Position numbers and translations under genes: made by a program
Source: Chloroflexota bacterium
GTDB taxonomy: Bacteria; Chloroflexota; Anaerolineae; Anaerolineales; UBA4823
Assembly (NCBI GenBank): GCA_012516075.1
Contig: JAAYXE010000075.1
Coordinates: 1,860-65,859, forward strand
DNA length: 64,000 nucleotides
Reading direction: 5' to 3'
In this document: one piece after another, positions 1-9,497 of the stretch
Layout: each line of letters begins with the position of its first letter
Position numbering within the stretch: position 1 is the first letter of the stretch
Notes under the pieces: model-generated
What the model was told of the DNA's origin: nothing
The model's database searches: none
Seen by the model: the letters and a program-made list of their open reading frames with translations, nothing else

Positions 1-2068
1 CGTATGCTTTCTCCCCCTCACTGGTCTGGTCCGTGAAGGTATTGAGCACTTCGAACCAGGAGCGGCCATATTTCTTCGCCGGCAGCGTGAAATCTACCAG
101 CTCATGGTAGGCGTTGAACAGCAGATAGAAGCTGTCGTCCTGCACCGGTCTGCCCTGCTCGTCCGGACTGTGAATACCTTTCCCATTCAGGAAAATGGCC
201 AGCGATTTGAGCTGGTCACCCTCCCACTGCTCGTCTGTCATCTCTTCCGCTGTGGAACTGAACCAGACAATATCGCTGACCCCTGAGCCGCGGATTGGCT
301 GGCCCTGAAACCAGCGCCGCCGGCAAAAAACAGGGTGATCTTTTCGAAACTGGATCAGAAAGCGCGTGAAATCGAGCAGAGACGAGTCCACCTGATCCCA
401 GTGAAAGTAAGAGATGTCGTTGTCCTGACAGTAAGCGTTATTATTTCCCCCCTGCGTGCGGCCCACCTCATCGCCATAGAGGACCATGGGCACTCCCTGA
501 GAAAGCAGCAGTGTGGTGAGGAAGTTGCGCTTCTGGCGGTTGCGCAGGTTGTTAACCTCGGGGTCGTCGGTCGGACCTTCTACACCGCAGTTCCACGAAC
601 GGTTGTGGCTCTCACCGTCGTTGTTGTCTTCCTGGTTAGCCTCGTTGTGCTTTTCATTGTAGCTCACCAGGTCCTGCAGTGTGAACCCATCATGTGCAGT
701 GATGAAATTAATGCTCGCCGATGGACGGCGGCCGCTCACTTCGTATAAATCCGGGCTGCCGGTAAAACGGTAAGCGAACTCTCCCAGCGGCTGCTCGGCG
801 CCGCGCCAGAAGTCTCGCACGGTGTCGCGATATTTCCCGTTCCACTCCGCCCAGCCCGGCGGGAAGCGCCCCACCTGGTAGCCCCCTTCCCCGATATCCC
901 AGGGCTCGGCGATGAGCTTGACCTGGGAAATAAAGGGGTCCTGGTGGATGATGTCAAAAAAGGAGCCCAGCCGGTCTACATCGTGGAGCTCGCGCGCCAG
1001 CGCCGAAGCCAGATCAAAGCGGAACCCGTCGACATGCATCTCCAGGATCCAGTAGCGCAGACTGTCCATGATGAGCTGGAGCACATTGGGCTGCATCATG
1101 TTCAGGGTATTGCCGGTTCCAGTGTAGTCCTTATAGAAACGACGGTCTTCATCCACCAGGCGGTAATAGGCAGCGTTGTCAATGCCGCGGAAGGAGAGGG
1201 TTGGGCCTAGCTGGTTCCCTTCAGCGGTGTGGTTGTACACCACATCCAGAATCACCTCGATCCCCTCCCGGTGTAAAGCCTTGACCATGTTTTTGAACTC
1301 AGTTACCTGCTGACCGCGGCTTCCAGAATGGGCATACGGGGCGTGTGGTGCGAAGAAGCCAATCGAGTTGTATCCCCAGTAATTGCTCAACCCTTTTTCA
1401 ACCAGGCTGCGGTCGTTTACAAACTGGTGAACCGGCATCAGTTCAACAGCGGTGACCCCCAGCGATTTCAGGTATTCGATAACGGGTGGACAGGTCAGCG
1501 CTTCATAGGTGCCGCGCAGCTCGGGGGGGACATCGGGATGCTTCGCCGTAAATCCCTTCACGTGCATCTCGTAGATCACCGCTTTGTGCATCGGGATTCC
1601 AGGGGATGTATCCCCTTCCCAATCGAATGCTGGATCGATGACCACGCATTTCGGTAGAAAAGGAGCGCTGTCCCGCTCATCTTTCGACAGATCCTCGTCC
1701 GGATTCCTGACCTCGTATCCGAACATGGCATCGTCCCATTTGATCGTCCCCGCAATGGCCTTTGCATACGGATCGATCAACAGCTTGGCCGGGTTAAAGC
1801 GGTGACCGTTCTGCGGCTCATAAGGCCCGTGAACGCGATAGCCATAGAGCTGGCCGGGCTGAATCCCTGGCAGATAAATATGCCAGATCTGATGGGTGTA
1901 CTCTTTGAGAGGGATAACATCGCTCTCGCGAGTCTCATCTTCCGGATTAAACAAAACCAGTTCAACTGCGGTCGCATTTTCGGAGAAAATCGCGAAATTA
2001 ACACCCTGCCCATCCCAGGTGGCCCCTAGTGGGTAAGGCCTACCCGGCCAGATCTCTCGATCACCCAT
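1..2068 (-). CDS. glgX: glycogen debranching enzyme GlgX (GH13 isoamylase type); 3' end cut by window edge
   Basis: Absent from the ORF track because no stop lies inside the window. Own translation of the minus strand from ATG at 2068 gives [45 protein letters not shown]...[27 protein letters not shown], a typical GlgX N-terminus. The same frame was re-checked open at 1-100 (..[24 protein letters not shown]..). I did not verify that the frame stays open across the interior. Other frames hold only short ORFs. Confidence 0.85.
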   Translation of the reverse strand, partial: MGDREIWPGRPYPLGATWDGQGVNFAIFSENATAVELVLFNPEDETRESDVIPLKEYTHQIWHIYLPGIQPGQLYGYRVHGPYEPQNGHRFNPAKLLIDPYAKAIAGTIKWDDAMFGYEVRNPDEDLSKDERDSAPFLPKCVVIDPAFDWEGDTSPGIPMHKAVIYEMHVKGFTAKHPDVPPELRGTYEALTCPPVIEYLKSLGVTAVELMPVHQFVNDRSLVEKGLSNYWGYNSIGFFAPHAPYAHSGSRGQQVTEFKNMVKALHREGIEVILDVVYNHTAEGNQLGPTLSFRGIDNAAYYRLVDEDRRFYKDYTGTGNTLNMMQPNVLQLIMDSLRYWILEMHVDGFRFDLASALARELHDVDRLGSFFDIIHQDPFISQVKLIAEPWDIGEGGYQVGRFPPGWAEWNGKYRDTVRDFWRGAEQPLGEFAYRFTGSPDLYEVSGRRPSASINFITAHDGFTLQDLVSYNEKHNEANQEDNNDGESHNRSWNCGVEGPTDDPEVNNLRNRQKRNFLTTLLLSQGVPMVLYGDEVGRTQGGNNNAYCQDNDISYFHWDQVDSSLLDFTRFLIQFRKDHPVFCRRRWFQGQPIRGSGVSDIVWFSSTAEEMTDEQWEGDQLKSLAIFLNGKGIHSPDEQGRPVQDDSFYLLFNAYHELVDFTLPAKKYGRSWFEVLNTFTDQTSEGEKAY

Positions 2069-2514
2069 ATGTAATTTGCTCCATTCTTTTCTATCTCTGA
2101 ATCTGGCCTGCCGCAGCAGGCTGGAACGGCTTGAAACACCCCCTGCTCCGTCCGTCAAATTGCCGTCGAAACAGCGAATATAACCACCCTGGAGAGGATT
2201 TTATCTGCTGGAGCCAGCAGACGCCATTAGGGATTTCCCTACTCGCCCGCTGACTTCCCTGATATTCGGCCAGCAGTGAACAAGCATGATTTACCACCAA
2301 AGAGAATCAAAGAGAGCCGGGTACGCCAGCCCCGGCTCTCGACAAGGAGGAGAAGAAGATGAATCGCCCTACGTCTTCATATTAACATGACTGTACATTA
2401 CGTACTTGACGACTGGGCTACGGTTAACCGACGATAACCCATCAATTCTGTCGGTTTTATCGTACAATCACCTCTCAGGCTTGCTTTTTCAGCGAAAATC
2501 GACTATTATAAGGT

Positions 2515-2553
2515 CACGAACACCCGGGTGCCCCCCTCACCCGGGTGTTCGTG
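2515..2553 (-). terminator. stem-loop downstream of the CPBP protease gene
   Basis: Perfect inverted repeat cacgaacacccgggtg / cacccgggtgttcgtg with a 6-7 nt C-rich loop, 23 nt past the stop at 2576. No clear U-run, so terminator function is uncertain. Confidence 0.4.
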
Positions 2554-2575
2554 CTTAACAGGCCCGCTCAGGCTG

Positions 2576-3706
2576 CTACATGTCCGGGAACAGCATTGCA
2601 AGCAGGATCACGCCAAAGTCATAGAGCGTGTGCACGATGATGCTTGTCGTGGTGTTGGCCCTTGCCCGCACGACGGCCATCACCAGCCCCAGCATGAAAA
2701 CAATCAGCAGCGAATCCCAGTTGTACTGCATGGCATGCAGGCTGGTAAAAAACAACGTGGGGAGCAGGATTCCCATTCGGGGCTGCAGGGCTCCGCGAAT
2801 GGCAAGTTCCTCGCCGATGCCGGCGGACAGGGAGGTCAGCACAGCGCCCACAGGTGTAAGCGCAAACCCGAGCAGCTCACTGAAGGCCTCCTCGTCGGTG
2901 ACCGGCCAGCCCATCACTTCCCACAGGCGTTGAATGCCGGAGCCAAAGTACTGCACCAGAAAGACCAGCGCAGCCGCCAGGACCACACCTCCAATAACCT
3001 GCTTCAGCGTTGGCCGCACCACTCCCAGACGTTTCCAGGCTTCTGAAAAGCTGCGCCGGATTCCAAAACCGACGGTAAATACTGCGCCTGCAGTGGTCCA
3101 CAGCAGGCCATACGCTTCAAAGCGCCGCATGCTCGCATCGCTTTCTGCGCCCCCATCCAGTTCCAGCATTTCCAGAATATTCTGCGAAAGCAGAGGCGGC
3201 GCGCCATCCACCAGCAGGGGCACAAACCCGATCAGGGTGAAAGCCAGGACAGTGACCAGTGCGATGGTGTGGACGAACGAGTCGCTGCGAATGGGAATGA
3301 CGCGGCTAAAAAGGCGGCGAACAGCAGGAATAAAGGCAAACAGGCTGATCAGCACGGCGAGCGCAATCCCCAGCAGAACAAGCACCACCGTCTGTGTGGA
3401 CCGTTCGCTTCCCTCCACCGCAATTAAGGTCAGGGACAGATTGAAAAGAACATAGACCAGGATCACAATAAAAAGCCACAGGATGGCGGCTGCGCGCGCC
3501 CAGCGGCGTTCGGATCCCAGATAGGCGAGCATCGCCAGGATCACAAAGGGGATAGTCTGGGCGCCCGCCAGCATGAACTGCCCAACTTCACCGCCCAGCA
3601 TAAACCCCAGCGCCAGGATCATTACCAGCACAAACAGGCCGCCGATGACCAGGAGGTCGCGACCGGGCTTCGTGTTCTTCTCTTCCGTGGTGGATTGAAA
3701 GTTCAC
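2576..3706 (-). CDS. CPBP-family intramembrane glutamic endopeptidase (CAAX protease-like), polytopic membrane protein
   Basis: 376 aa ORF with many hydrophobic segments. The C-terminal part carries the three CPBP motifs: GEELAIRG (EExxxR), FFTSLHA (FxxxH) and HTLYD (HxxxD/N). Confidence 0.8.
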   Translation of the reverse strand: MNFQSTTEEKNTKPGRDLLVIGGLFVLVMILALGFMLGGEVGQFMLAGAQTIPFVILAMLAYLGSERRWARAAAILWLFIVILVYVLFNLSLTLIAVEGSERSTQTVVLVLLGIALAVLISLFAFIPAVRRLFSRVIPIRSDSFVHTIALVTVLAFTLIGFVPLLVDGAPPLLSQNILEMLELDGGAESDASMRRFEAYGLLWTTAGAVFTVGFGIRRSFSEAWKRLGVVRPTLKQVIGGVVLAAALVFLVQYFGSGIQRLWEVMGWPVTDEEAFSELLGFALTPVGAVLTSLSAGIGEELAIRGALQPRMGILLPTLFFTSLHAMQYNWDSLLIVFMLGLVMAVVRARANTTTSIIVHTLYDFGVILLAMLFPDM

Positions 3707-3779
3707 AGACCCTCCTTAGATAATTATCTATTGTAACTCAAAAAAGGAAAGCTGAAGGCCCGTGAACCATAAAAATGAA

Positions 3780-3805
3780 GCCGGCCTGTCCCTCCACAGG
3801 CCGGC
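3780..3805 (-). terminator. rho-independent terminator of the sulfate transporter operon
   Basis: gccggcctgt / acaggccggc stem. On the minus strand it is followed by ttcattttta. It lies 28 nt past the cysW stop. Confidence 0.55.
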
Positions 3806-3832
3806 GTCTCCCCCCGCCGCACTAACATCTCA

Positions 3833-4708
3833 TTACACCTTTTCTTTCCTGCGCAGGAAATCTGTGCCCATTACCAGCAGGAGCGAGAAAAGCCCCAGGA
3901 CCAGGGCTGCGCTGTAAGCACCTGCATACTGGCGGTCATCCAGGGCACGGAAAATGTACAGCGTGGCTGTTTCGGTTTTCCCCTGCACGCCCCCTCCGAT
4001 CACCAGGACGGCACCAAACTCGCCCAGGGCGCGTGCAAAGGTGAGCGACAGACCGTAGATAAAACCCCAGCGCAGAGCAGGAAACGTAACCCGCCAGAAA
4101 GTTTGCCAGCCGTTGGCTCCCAGGGTAGCGGCCGCCATTTCCTGCTGCACACCGAAGTTCTCCAGCACAGGGACCAGTTCACGGACCATAAACGGAAACG
4201 TGACGAAGAGCGTAGCCAGGACCATTCCGGGTACGGCAAACGCGACCTGAATATCCAGCGCCTGGAGGACGGGCGCCAGCATACCGTTGCGCCCGAACAA
4301 CAGCAGCAGCATATACCCGACCACAACGGCAGAAAGGGCAAAAGGCATGTCGATCAGGGCATTCAGCAGATTACGCCCGGGAAATCGATGCCTGACCAGG
4401 ACCCAGGCCACCAGTGTGCCGAAAACGGCGTGAACACAGACCACCAGCACAGAGATCCACAGCGTCAACCAGAAGGCCGAGAGCACATCCGGCTTGCTCA
4501 GCTCCTGGAGTGCCTGACCCACACCAGCCTCTATCACTCCTGCCACCAGGGCAATCAGCGGCATCAGGATCAGCCCACCTACATAGAGCAGGACAAGCGC
4601 AATCAGGCCGCGGCGCACCCAGACGTTGCTGCGTTGATCTCGCATGCGCGACTGGAAAGACCGGGAAGCTGTCTGCACAGCAGCTGCAGGAATTTCTGCA
4701 ATTTCCAT
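3833..4708 (-). CDS. cysW: sulfate/thiosulfate ABC transporter permease CysW
   Basis: ORF 3833..4744. I prefer the internal ATG at 4708 (MEIAEIP...), 1 nt after the cysT stop, which gives 291 aa. ABC permease with the EAA-like loop FARALGEFGAVLVIGG. Follows cysT in a sulfate operon. Confidence 0.85.
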   Translation of the reverse strand: MEIAEIPAAAVQTASRSFQSRMRDQRSNVWVRRGLIALVLLYVGGLILMPLIALVAGVIEAGVGQALQELSKPDVLSAFWLTLWISVLVVCVHAVFGTLVAWVLVRHRFPGRNLLNALIDMPFALSAVVVGYMLLLLFGRNGMLAPVLQALDIQVAFAVPGMVLATLFVTFPFMVRELVPVLENFGVQQEMAAATLGANGWQTFWRVTFPALRWGFIYGLSLTFARALGEFGAVLVIGGGVQGKTETATLYIFRALDDRQYAGAYSAALVLGLFSLLLVMGTDFLRRKEKV

Positions 4709-4709
4709 C

Positions 4710-5564
4710 TCAACCTCTCTGTGAGCGCCGGTGTAAAAAGTCAACCAGCAGGACCAGGCTCAGGGCAATGGCGATCATGACAATCGATACCGCACTCGCC
4801 CCCAGCCGGTTCTCCGACTCCACTTCGCCCAGAACGTACACCGCCGCCGTCTGTGAATACAGAGGGATGTTACCGGCCACGATCACAATGGATCCAAATT
4901 CTCCGATGGCACGTGCAAAGCTCAACAGACCACCGCTGAGCACCGGCAGCAGCAGCGGCGGCAGGATAATGCGCCGGAAGATTGTCCAGCTCCCTGCCCC
5001 CAGCGTTGCCGCAGCATCTTCCTGGATCCGGTCGAGTTCCAGGAGCACCGGCTGGACCGTGCGCACCACAAAGGGAAAAGTGATAAACAACAGTACAAGC
5101 ACAATCCCCGGCGGCGCAAAGATCACCTGAAAGCCCAGGTTGTCTTTCAGCCATGCTCCGAGCGCCTGCTGCGGCCCGTAAAGGATCACAAACATCACAC
5201 CGGTGACCAGTGTGGGGATTGACAGCGGCAGGTCAATCAGCGAATTAAGCAGGGATTTCCCCGGAAATTCGTAGCGGACCAGCACATACGCGGTGACCAG
5301 CCCCATGACCGTATTGATCACTGTCATCAATGCCGCTGTCCAGAGGGTCAGCTTAAGGGCATGCCAGGCGACAGGAAGCGTCACCTGGCGCCACAGCTCA
5401 CCCAGCCCTTCACGCAGCCCATCCTGGAAGATGACCAGCAGCGGAATGATCAGGATGACCGCCAGGTAAGACAGCGCAACGGCGCGCACTCCCCAGCGAC
5501 CCCAGGGGAGTGGAGCCCGGCCTGGCCGGGCTCCCAGGTTTCCATCCACTACAGCAGAAGTCAT
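4710..5564 (-). CDS. cysT: sulfate/thiosulfate ABC transporter permease CysT
   Basis: 284 aa polytopic permease with the EAA-like loop FARAIGEFGSIVIVAGN. 4-nt overlap with the upstream binding-protein gene. Confidence 0.85.
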   Translation of the reverse strand: MTSAVVDGNLGARPGRAPLPWGRWGVRAVALSYLAVILIIPLLVIFQDGLREGLGELWRQVTLPVAWHALKLTLWTAALMTVINTVMGLVTAYVLVRYEFPGKSLLNSLIDLPLSIPTLVTGVMFVILYGPQQALGAWLKDNLGFQVIFAPPGIVLVLLFITFPFVVRTVQPVLLELDRIQEDAAATLGAGSWTIFRRIILPPLLLPVLSGGLLSFARAIGEFGSIVIVAGNIPLYSQTAAVYVLGEVESENRLGASAVSIVMIAIALSLVLLVDFLHRRSQRG

Positions 5565-6640
5565 TGATCCAATCCCTGAACTCTTGCAGCAGCCTGCACG
5601 TAGATGCCGTTCTCACCGAAGAAAGTGGGGGTGGCGTTTTCCCAACCACCAAATTCCTCGATGGTGAAGAGGTCTTCAACCGGCGGATACCGGTCGGCCG
5701 TGGCCGCTGCAACCTTTGGATCAGGCGAGCGCAGCCCGTATTTCGCAAAGATCTCCTGCGCCTCAGTGGTGAAGAGGAAATCGACGAAGGCTTCAACCAC
5801 TTCACGGTTTCCGTGCTTATCGACTGAGGCATCGACGATAGCGATCGGATTTTCGATCAAGAGGGTCGAGCGGGGGATCACCAGTTCGTACGTCTGACCA
5901 CTCTGCTGCCCTACCAGAACTTCGTTTTCGTAGGTGATGGCGACATCCCCGACGCCCTTCTCAAAATTCGTGATGCTTTCACGTGCGCCCTTGTCCATCA
6001 CGGTTACATTTTCCAGAACAGAGACCAGAAACTCCTGAGCAGCAGCCTCATCGCCTTCCGGAACCCCTTCGACAAAACCGCGCCGGGCCGCCCCGTACAG
6101 CGCCAGGATATTCCACATCGCTCCACCGCTGGTCTTCGCATTGGGGGTCAGAACTTCAACGCCCGGCTTCGCCAGGTCCGCCCAGTCCTTGATCCCCAGC
6201 GGGTTGCCCTCTCGCACAGCAAATGCAACAATCGAAGTGCTCACCATGCCGTTATAGGGCTTGCTGCGCCAATCATTCGTGATCAGGCCAGCTTCCTCGA
6301 TGCGGACAATATCCGCTTCCAGAGAGAGGGCGGCGATATCCGCTTCAAAGCCTTCCACAATGGCGCGCGACTGCGCGCCAGAGCCCAGATACGACTCTTC
6401 GAACTCCACCGTCTGCCCGGTTTTCTCCTTCCACTGCTGCTGGAAGATAGGAATTAATTCGCGATAGGCTTCCCGCGGGGTGGTATAAGCGCCCAGAGTT
6501 ACTTTTACCGTGCCCCCATTCGATCCTGTGTCGCTGATTTCTGAAGCAGGAGCGGCGCAGCCGGCCAGCAAAACGGCCAGCAAAATTGACAGGGGCAATA
6601 CCTGGCCAAACCAACGATGTGCGACCTTAACGATGTTCAT
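5561..6640 (-). CDS. sbp: sulfate ABC transporter substrate-binding lipoprotein (Sbp/CysP family)
   Basis: 359 aa with a lipoprotein signal (LLAVLLAGCAAP). Body resembles Sbp/CysP (..GAYTTPREAYRELIPIFQQQWKEKTGQTVEFEESYLGSGAQSRAIVEGFEADIAALSLEADI..). Confidence 0.85.
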   Translation of the reverse strand: MNIVKVAHRWFGQVLPLSILLAVLLAGCAAPASEISDTGSNGGTVKVTLGAYTTPREAYRELIPIFQQQWKEKTGQTVEFEESYLGSGAQSRAIVEGFEADIAALSLEADIVRIEEAGLITNDWRSKPYNGMVSTSIVAFAVREGNPLGIKDWADLAKPGVEVLTPNAKTSGGAMWNILALYGAARRGFVEGVPEGDEAAAQEFLVSVLENVTVMDKGARESITNFEKGVGDVAITYENEVLVGQQSGQTYELVIPRSTLLIENPIAIVDASVDKHGNREVVEAFVDFLFTTEAQEIFAKYGLRSPDPKVAAATADRYPPVEDLFTIEEFGGWENATPTFFGENGIYVQAAARVQGLDQ

Positions 6641-8568
6641 TGAAGCACCTCCTGAAGTTTCATTCTCTGTTCATCTCTGGAAAACTGCGGGGCGCGCAGC
6701 CCCATATAGTGTGAACGAACAACCAGCGCGGCATGGCCGTTGAGCCGGTTCAATACGCGACCGACAACTCCGTCCAGGGATATCTCCCCCCGGCGCAAAG
6801 TCAATGGTGCACCCAGAACAAGCAGGTCATACTTGCCGGCGCTGTCCTCGGCCAGGATTTCTTCCTGGACCTGGCCGGTGCGAATCAGGGTTTGGGCGGG
6901 TACACCCAGCGCGTTCAAAGTTCTGGCGCCGCTTTCCAGATACTGCAGGGCGCGCTGATTGGCGCTCTCGCTGGGATCTGGTGTAGATGTCACGGTCAGC
7001 AGGGTGGCCTGTGCGCCCAGATGCCGCACCAGGCGGCCGGCAAAGAGGATGTCATCTTTCCCCGGTTCACCCATCGCAACACAGATCAATGCCTTACCGG
7101 GAACAGACTGCGGGCCCAGAACCAGCAGCAGGTGGTGCTCACCGGCCTGCAGGATCTCCTCGGCCAGGCGCTGGTCTTCCTGAGGGTGATAGCCCAGGAT
7201 CACCAGATCATGGGGCTGGCGCTCCACGAGCTGCGCGACTGCCTGTGCAGGAGAGTCTTCAGAGGCCCATACGTGAATCGAGGCGAAGCCGCTGCCCATC
7301 TGCTTGCGCGCTTCCTGCAGGTGAGTTTTCATATCCGCCCGGCTGCCGCCGCAGCCCAGCAGCGTGACACGTGCGTGGGCCAGGCGGGCGATCTGTGCGC
7401 CAAGGTCGATTGCTGCCTGTGCACGCAGCGATCCATCGGTAACGATCAGGAAACTGAGACCCGGATGCGCCAGTGTGTGAATGCGGCGCACGCCCACCCA
7501 GGCTTTCTGCCCCGGCGCCAGGGGGAAGCGTGCGGCCTGATCTGGAGAACGGGTGGCATCGACGCGGATCGAGGCGCTGCCAAAGGCCACCGGAGGGGAA
7601 ATAGCCCGCACACCGGGGATCGCCGGCAGGCACAGGCGCAGGCGCTCGACAGAGCCGCCGAAAGATATTTCCTCCACTTCAGCCTGGCCCAGGCTGGGGC
7701 ACTCCAGTGATTCGGTGTCGGGCGCCAGGGCGACATCTTCCGGGCGGAACAGCACCTGCACTCGCCCGCCATCATCCGTCTGCAGCATCTCTCCGGTGGA
7801 GGGGAACTGCACGGGGCCCACGAAAACGCTGCCGTTGTGCGAACGGCCAACCAGCAAATTGGCTGTTCCCAGGAAAGTGGCAACGAATTCGGTCTGGGGC
7901 TGCTGGTAAAGCTCCTCCGGCGTCCCCACTTCGAGCAGCCGTCCGTAGCTCATCACCCCGATTCGATCGGCCAGATCGAAGGCCTCTTCCTGGTCGTGTG
8001 TGACCAGAATCGTGGTAATGCCCAGCTTGCGCTGGATAGCTTTCAACGAACGGCGCAGCTCGACGCGGATTTTCGCATCCAGCGCGCCCAGGGGTTCGTC
8101 CAGCCGCAGCACGTCCGGCTGCGAAGCCAGCGCGCGCGCCAGAGCGACACGCTGCTGCTGCCCGCCGGAGAGCTGGCGCGGCATGCGGTTCGCCAGGCCA
8201 GACAGCCCCACCAGGTCGAGCAGTTCATCCCGGCGGCGGTGGCGTTCCGCTTTGGGCACCTTTTTGACCGTCAGCCCGAACTCGATGTTCTCTCCCACCG
8301 TCATGTACTGAAACAGCGCGTAATTCTGAAAAACATAGCCCACACGCCGCTGCTGAGTCGGGAGGTGGGTGACGTCACGACCGTGAAGCAGAATCCGCCC
8401 GTGATCCAGTTCTGTCAGCCCGGCAATCAGGTTCAGGATGGTGGTCTTTCCGCTGCCGCTGGATCCCAGAAGGACGAAGAATTCCCCATCGGCAATCTCG
8501 AGAGAGACATTATTAACAACTGGATGTCCCTCATAACGTTTGGTTAGTTGTTCCAGAATGATAGACAT
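6637..8568 (-). CDS. cysA: sulfate-type ABC transporter ATP-binding protein (CysA-like) fused to two C-terminal universal stress protein (USP) domains
   Basis: 643 aa. The N-terminal ~350 aa form an ABC ATPase (GSSGSGKTT, LSGGQQQRVALARAL, LRLDEP, THDQEEA) plus a TOBE-like segment. The C-terminal ~290 aa contain two USP-like repeats (..HDLVILGYH...GEHHLLLV.. and ..YDLLVLGAP...GVVGRVLNRLNGHAALVVR). Confidence 0.8.
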   Translation of the reverse strand: MSIILEQLTKRYEGHPVVNNVSLEIADGEFFVLLGSSGSGKTTILNLIAGLTELDHGRILLHGRDVTHLPTQQRRVGYVFQNYALFQYMTVGENIEFGLTVKKVPKAERHRRRDELLDLVGLSGLANRMPRQLSGGQQQRVALARALASQPDVLRLDEPLGALDAKIRVELRRSLKAIQRKLGITTILVTHDQEEAFDLADRIGVMSYGRLLEVGTPEELYQQPQTEFVATFLGTANLLVGRSHNGSVFVGPVQFPSTGEMLQTDDGGRVQVLFRPEDVALAPDTESLECPSLGQAEVEEISFGGSVERLRLCLPAIPGVRAISPPVAFGSASIRVDATRSPDQAARFPLAPGQKAWVGVRRIHTLAHPGLSFLIVTDGSLRAQAAIDLGAQIARLAHARVTLLGCGGSRADMKTHLQEARKQMGSGFASIHVWASEDSPAQAVAQLVERQPHDLVILGYHPQEDQRLAEEILQAGEHHLLLVLGPQSVPGKALICVAMGEPGKDDILFAGRLVRHLGAQATLLTVTSTPDPSESANQRALQYLESGARTLNALGVPAQTLIRTGQVQEEILAEDSAGKYDLLVLGAPLTLRRGEISLDGVVGRVLNRLNGHAALVVRSHYMGLRAPQFSRDEQRMKLQEVLQ

Positions 8569-8750
8569 TGCAAATCCTTCACCTCACGAACATCAGTCAG
8601 CCGAAAACGACTGCAGCCGCAGCAGCATCCGACTGCCCGCGCAGTATAACCAGCCCGCGTGACAGCGGCTGTGATGCCGGAATGACAAAGCTGTGACAAT
8701 ATCAAAGGAAAAAGCAGAGTCTGTGGTACCAGCGCTGTCGGGAATCAAAA

Positions 8751-8774
8751 GGAGCCGGACATCTGTCCGGCTCC
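8751..8774 (-). terminator. rho-independent terminator after the response-regulator gene
   Basis: ggagccggaca / tgtccggctcc hairpin. On the minus strand it is followed by ttttgatt. It lies 31 nt past the stop at 8805. Confidence 0.6.
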
Positions 8775-8804
8775 CGAAAGGATAAACTGCAGCTGTTTGT
8801 CTGC

Positions 8805-9497
8805 CTATGAAGAGCGCTGCATCAGGCCGTAACCCAGGCCGGGGAGGTTCTCAATATAGGTGGGCTGCGAGGTATCGGGTTCGATTTTCGAGCGCAGGCG
8901 GCGAACCAGCTGGCGCAGCATCTCCCGGTTTCCTTTTTCGGCGCCCCAGATATGCTCGATCAAATCCTCAACGGTCACATAATGGCCGGCGTGCAGCATC
9001 AGATAATCCAGCATTCGGCTCTCGAGCGGCGTGAGCATTACCGGCTTCCGGGATCCGACCCGCACCTCGCGCCGCCCGGGGTCGAACACCAGGTCGCCAA
9101 ACTGGCGCAGTGCGGGGACAGCTGCCCTGCCCGCCCGGCGCAGGACAGCCTGAATGCGCGCCACCAGCTGGCGCGGGCTGAAGGGTTTCAGCACGTAATC
9201 GTCCGCGCCTGACTTCAAACCCCGCACAATATCCTCTTCATCCTCCCGCACGGTGAGCAAAATGACCGGGGTATCCGCCTGCTCACGGATGTGGCGCAGC
9301 ACCGTAAAACCATCCATTTTGGGGACGGTGTGTGGGAGGTTGACATCCAGGATGACAATATCCGGCCGGGCCTCTTCCCAGCGGCGCAGCCCGGAAGCGC
9401 CATCATACGCCAGCAGGACTTCAAAACCTTCCCGTCGCAGCGTAAAGGCCACCAGGTCTGCCAGAACGCGATCATCATCGACGACCAGAGCTTTCAC
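8805..9497 (-). CDS. OmpR/PhoB-family response regulator (REC + winged-helix)
   Basis: 230 aa. MKALVVDDD...DIVILDVNLP...KPF receiver motifs. C-terminal winged-helix region (..LTPLESRMLDYLMLHAGHYVTVEDLIEHIWG..). 4-nt overlap with the kinase gene. Confidence 0.9.
   Translation of the reverse strand: MKALVVDDDRVLADLVAFTLRREGFEVLLAYDGASGLRRWEEARPDIVILDVNLPHTVPKMDGFTVLRHIREQADTPVILLTVREDEEDIVRGLKSGADDYVLKPFSPRQLVARIQAVLRRAGRAAVPALRQFGDLVFDPGRREVRVGSRKPVMLTPLESRMLDYLMLHAGHYVTVEDLIEHIWGAEKGNREMLRQLVRRLRSKIEPDTSQPTYIENLPGLGYGLMQRSS

Noticed and set aside
2359-2385. 8-codon mini-ORF (MNRPTSSY) with a strong aaggagg upstream, in the glgX/CPBP intergenic region.
   Set aside because: No downstream plus-strand gene that it could regulate, and it is too short to evaluate.
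6733-7710. Long ORFs (100-330 aa) antisense to, or out of frame with, confident genes. Examples: 6733..7710(+), 7837..8547(+), 10529..11260(+), 12685..13461(-), 16826..17740(+), 38995..39936(+), 42882..43757(+), 43826..44518(+), 48366..49058(-), 49549..50181(-), 51751..52644(+), 55649..56641(+), 61296..62231(+).
   Set aside because: Typical high-GC shadow ORFs. Their products are Arg/Pro/Gly/Ala/His-rich with no recognisable motifs, and each lies entirely within a gene on the opposite strand or in another frame that has clear family signatures.
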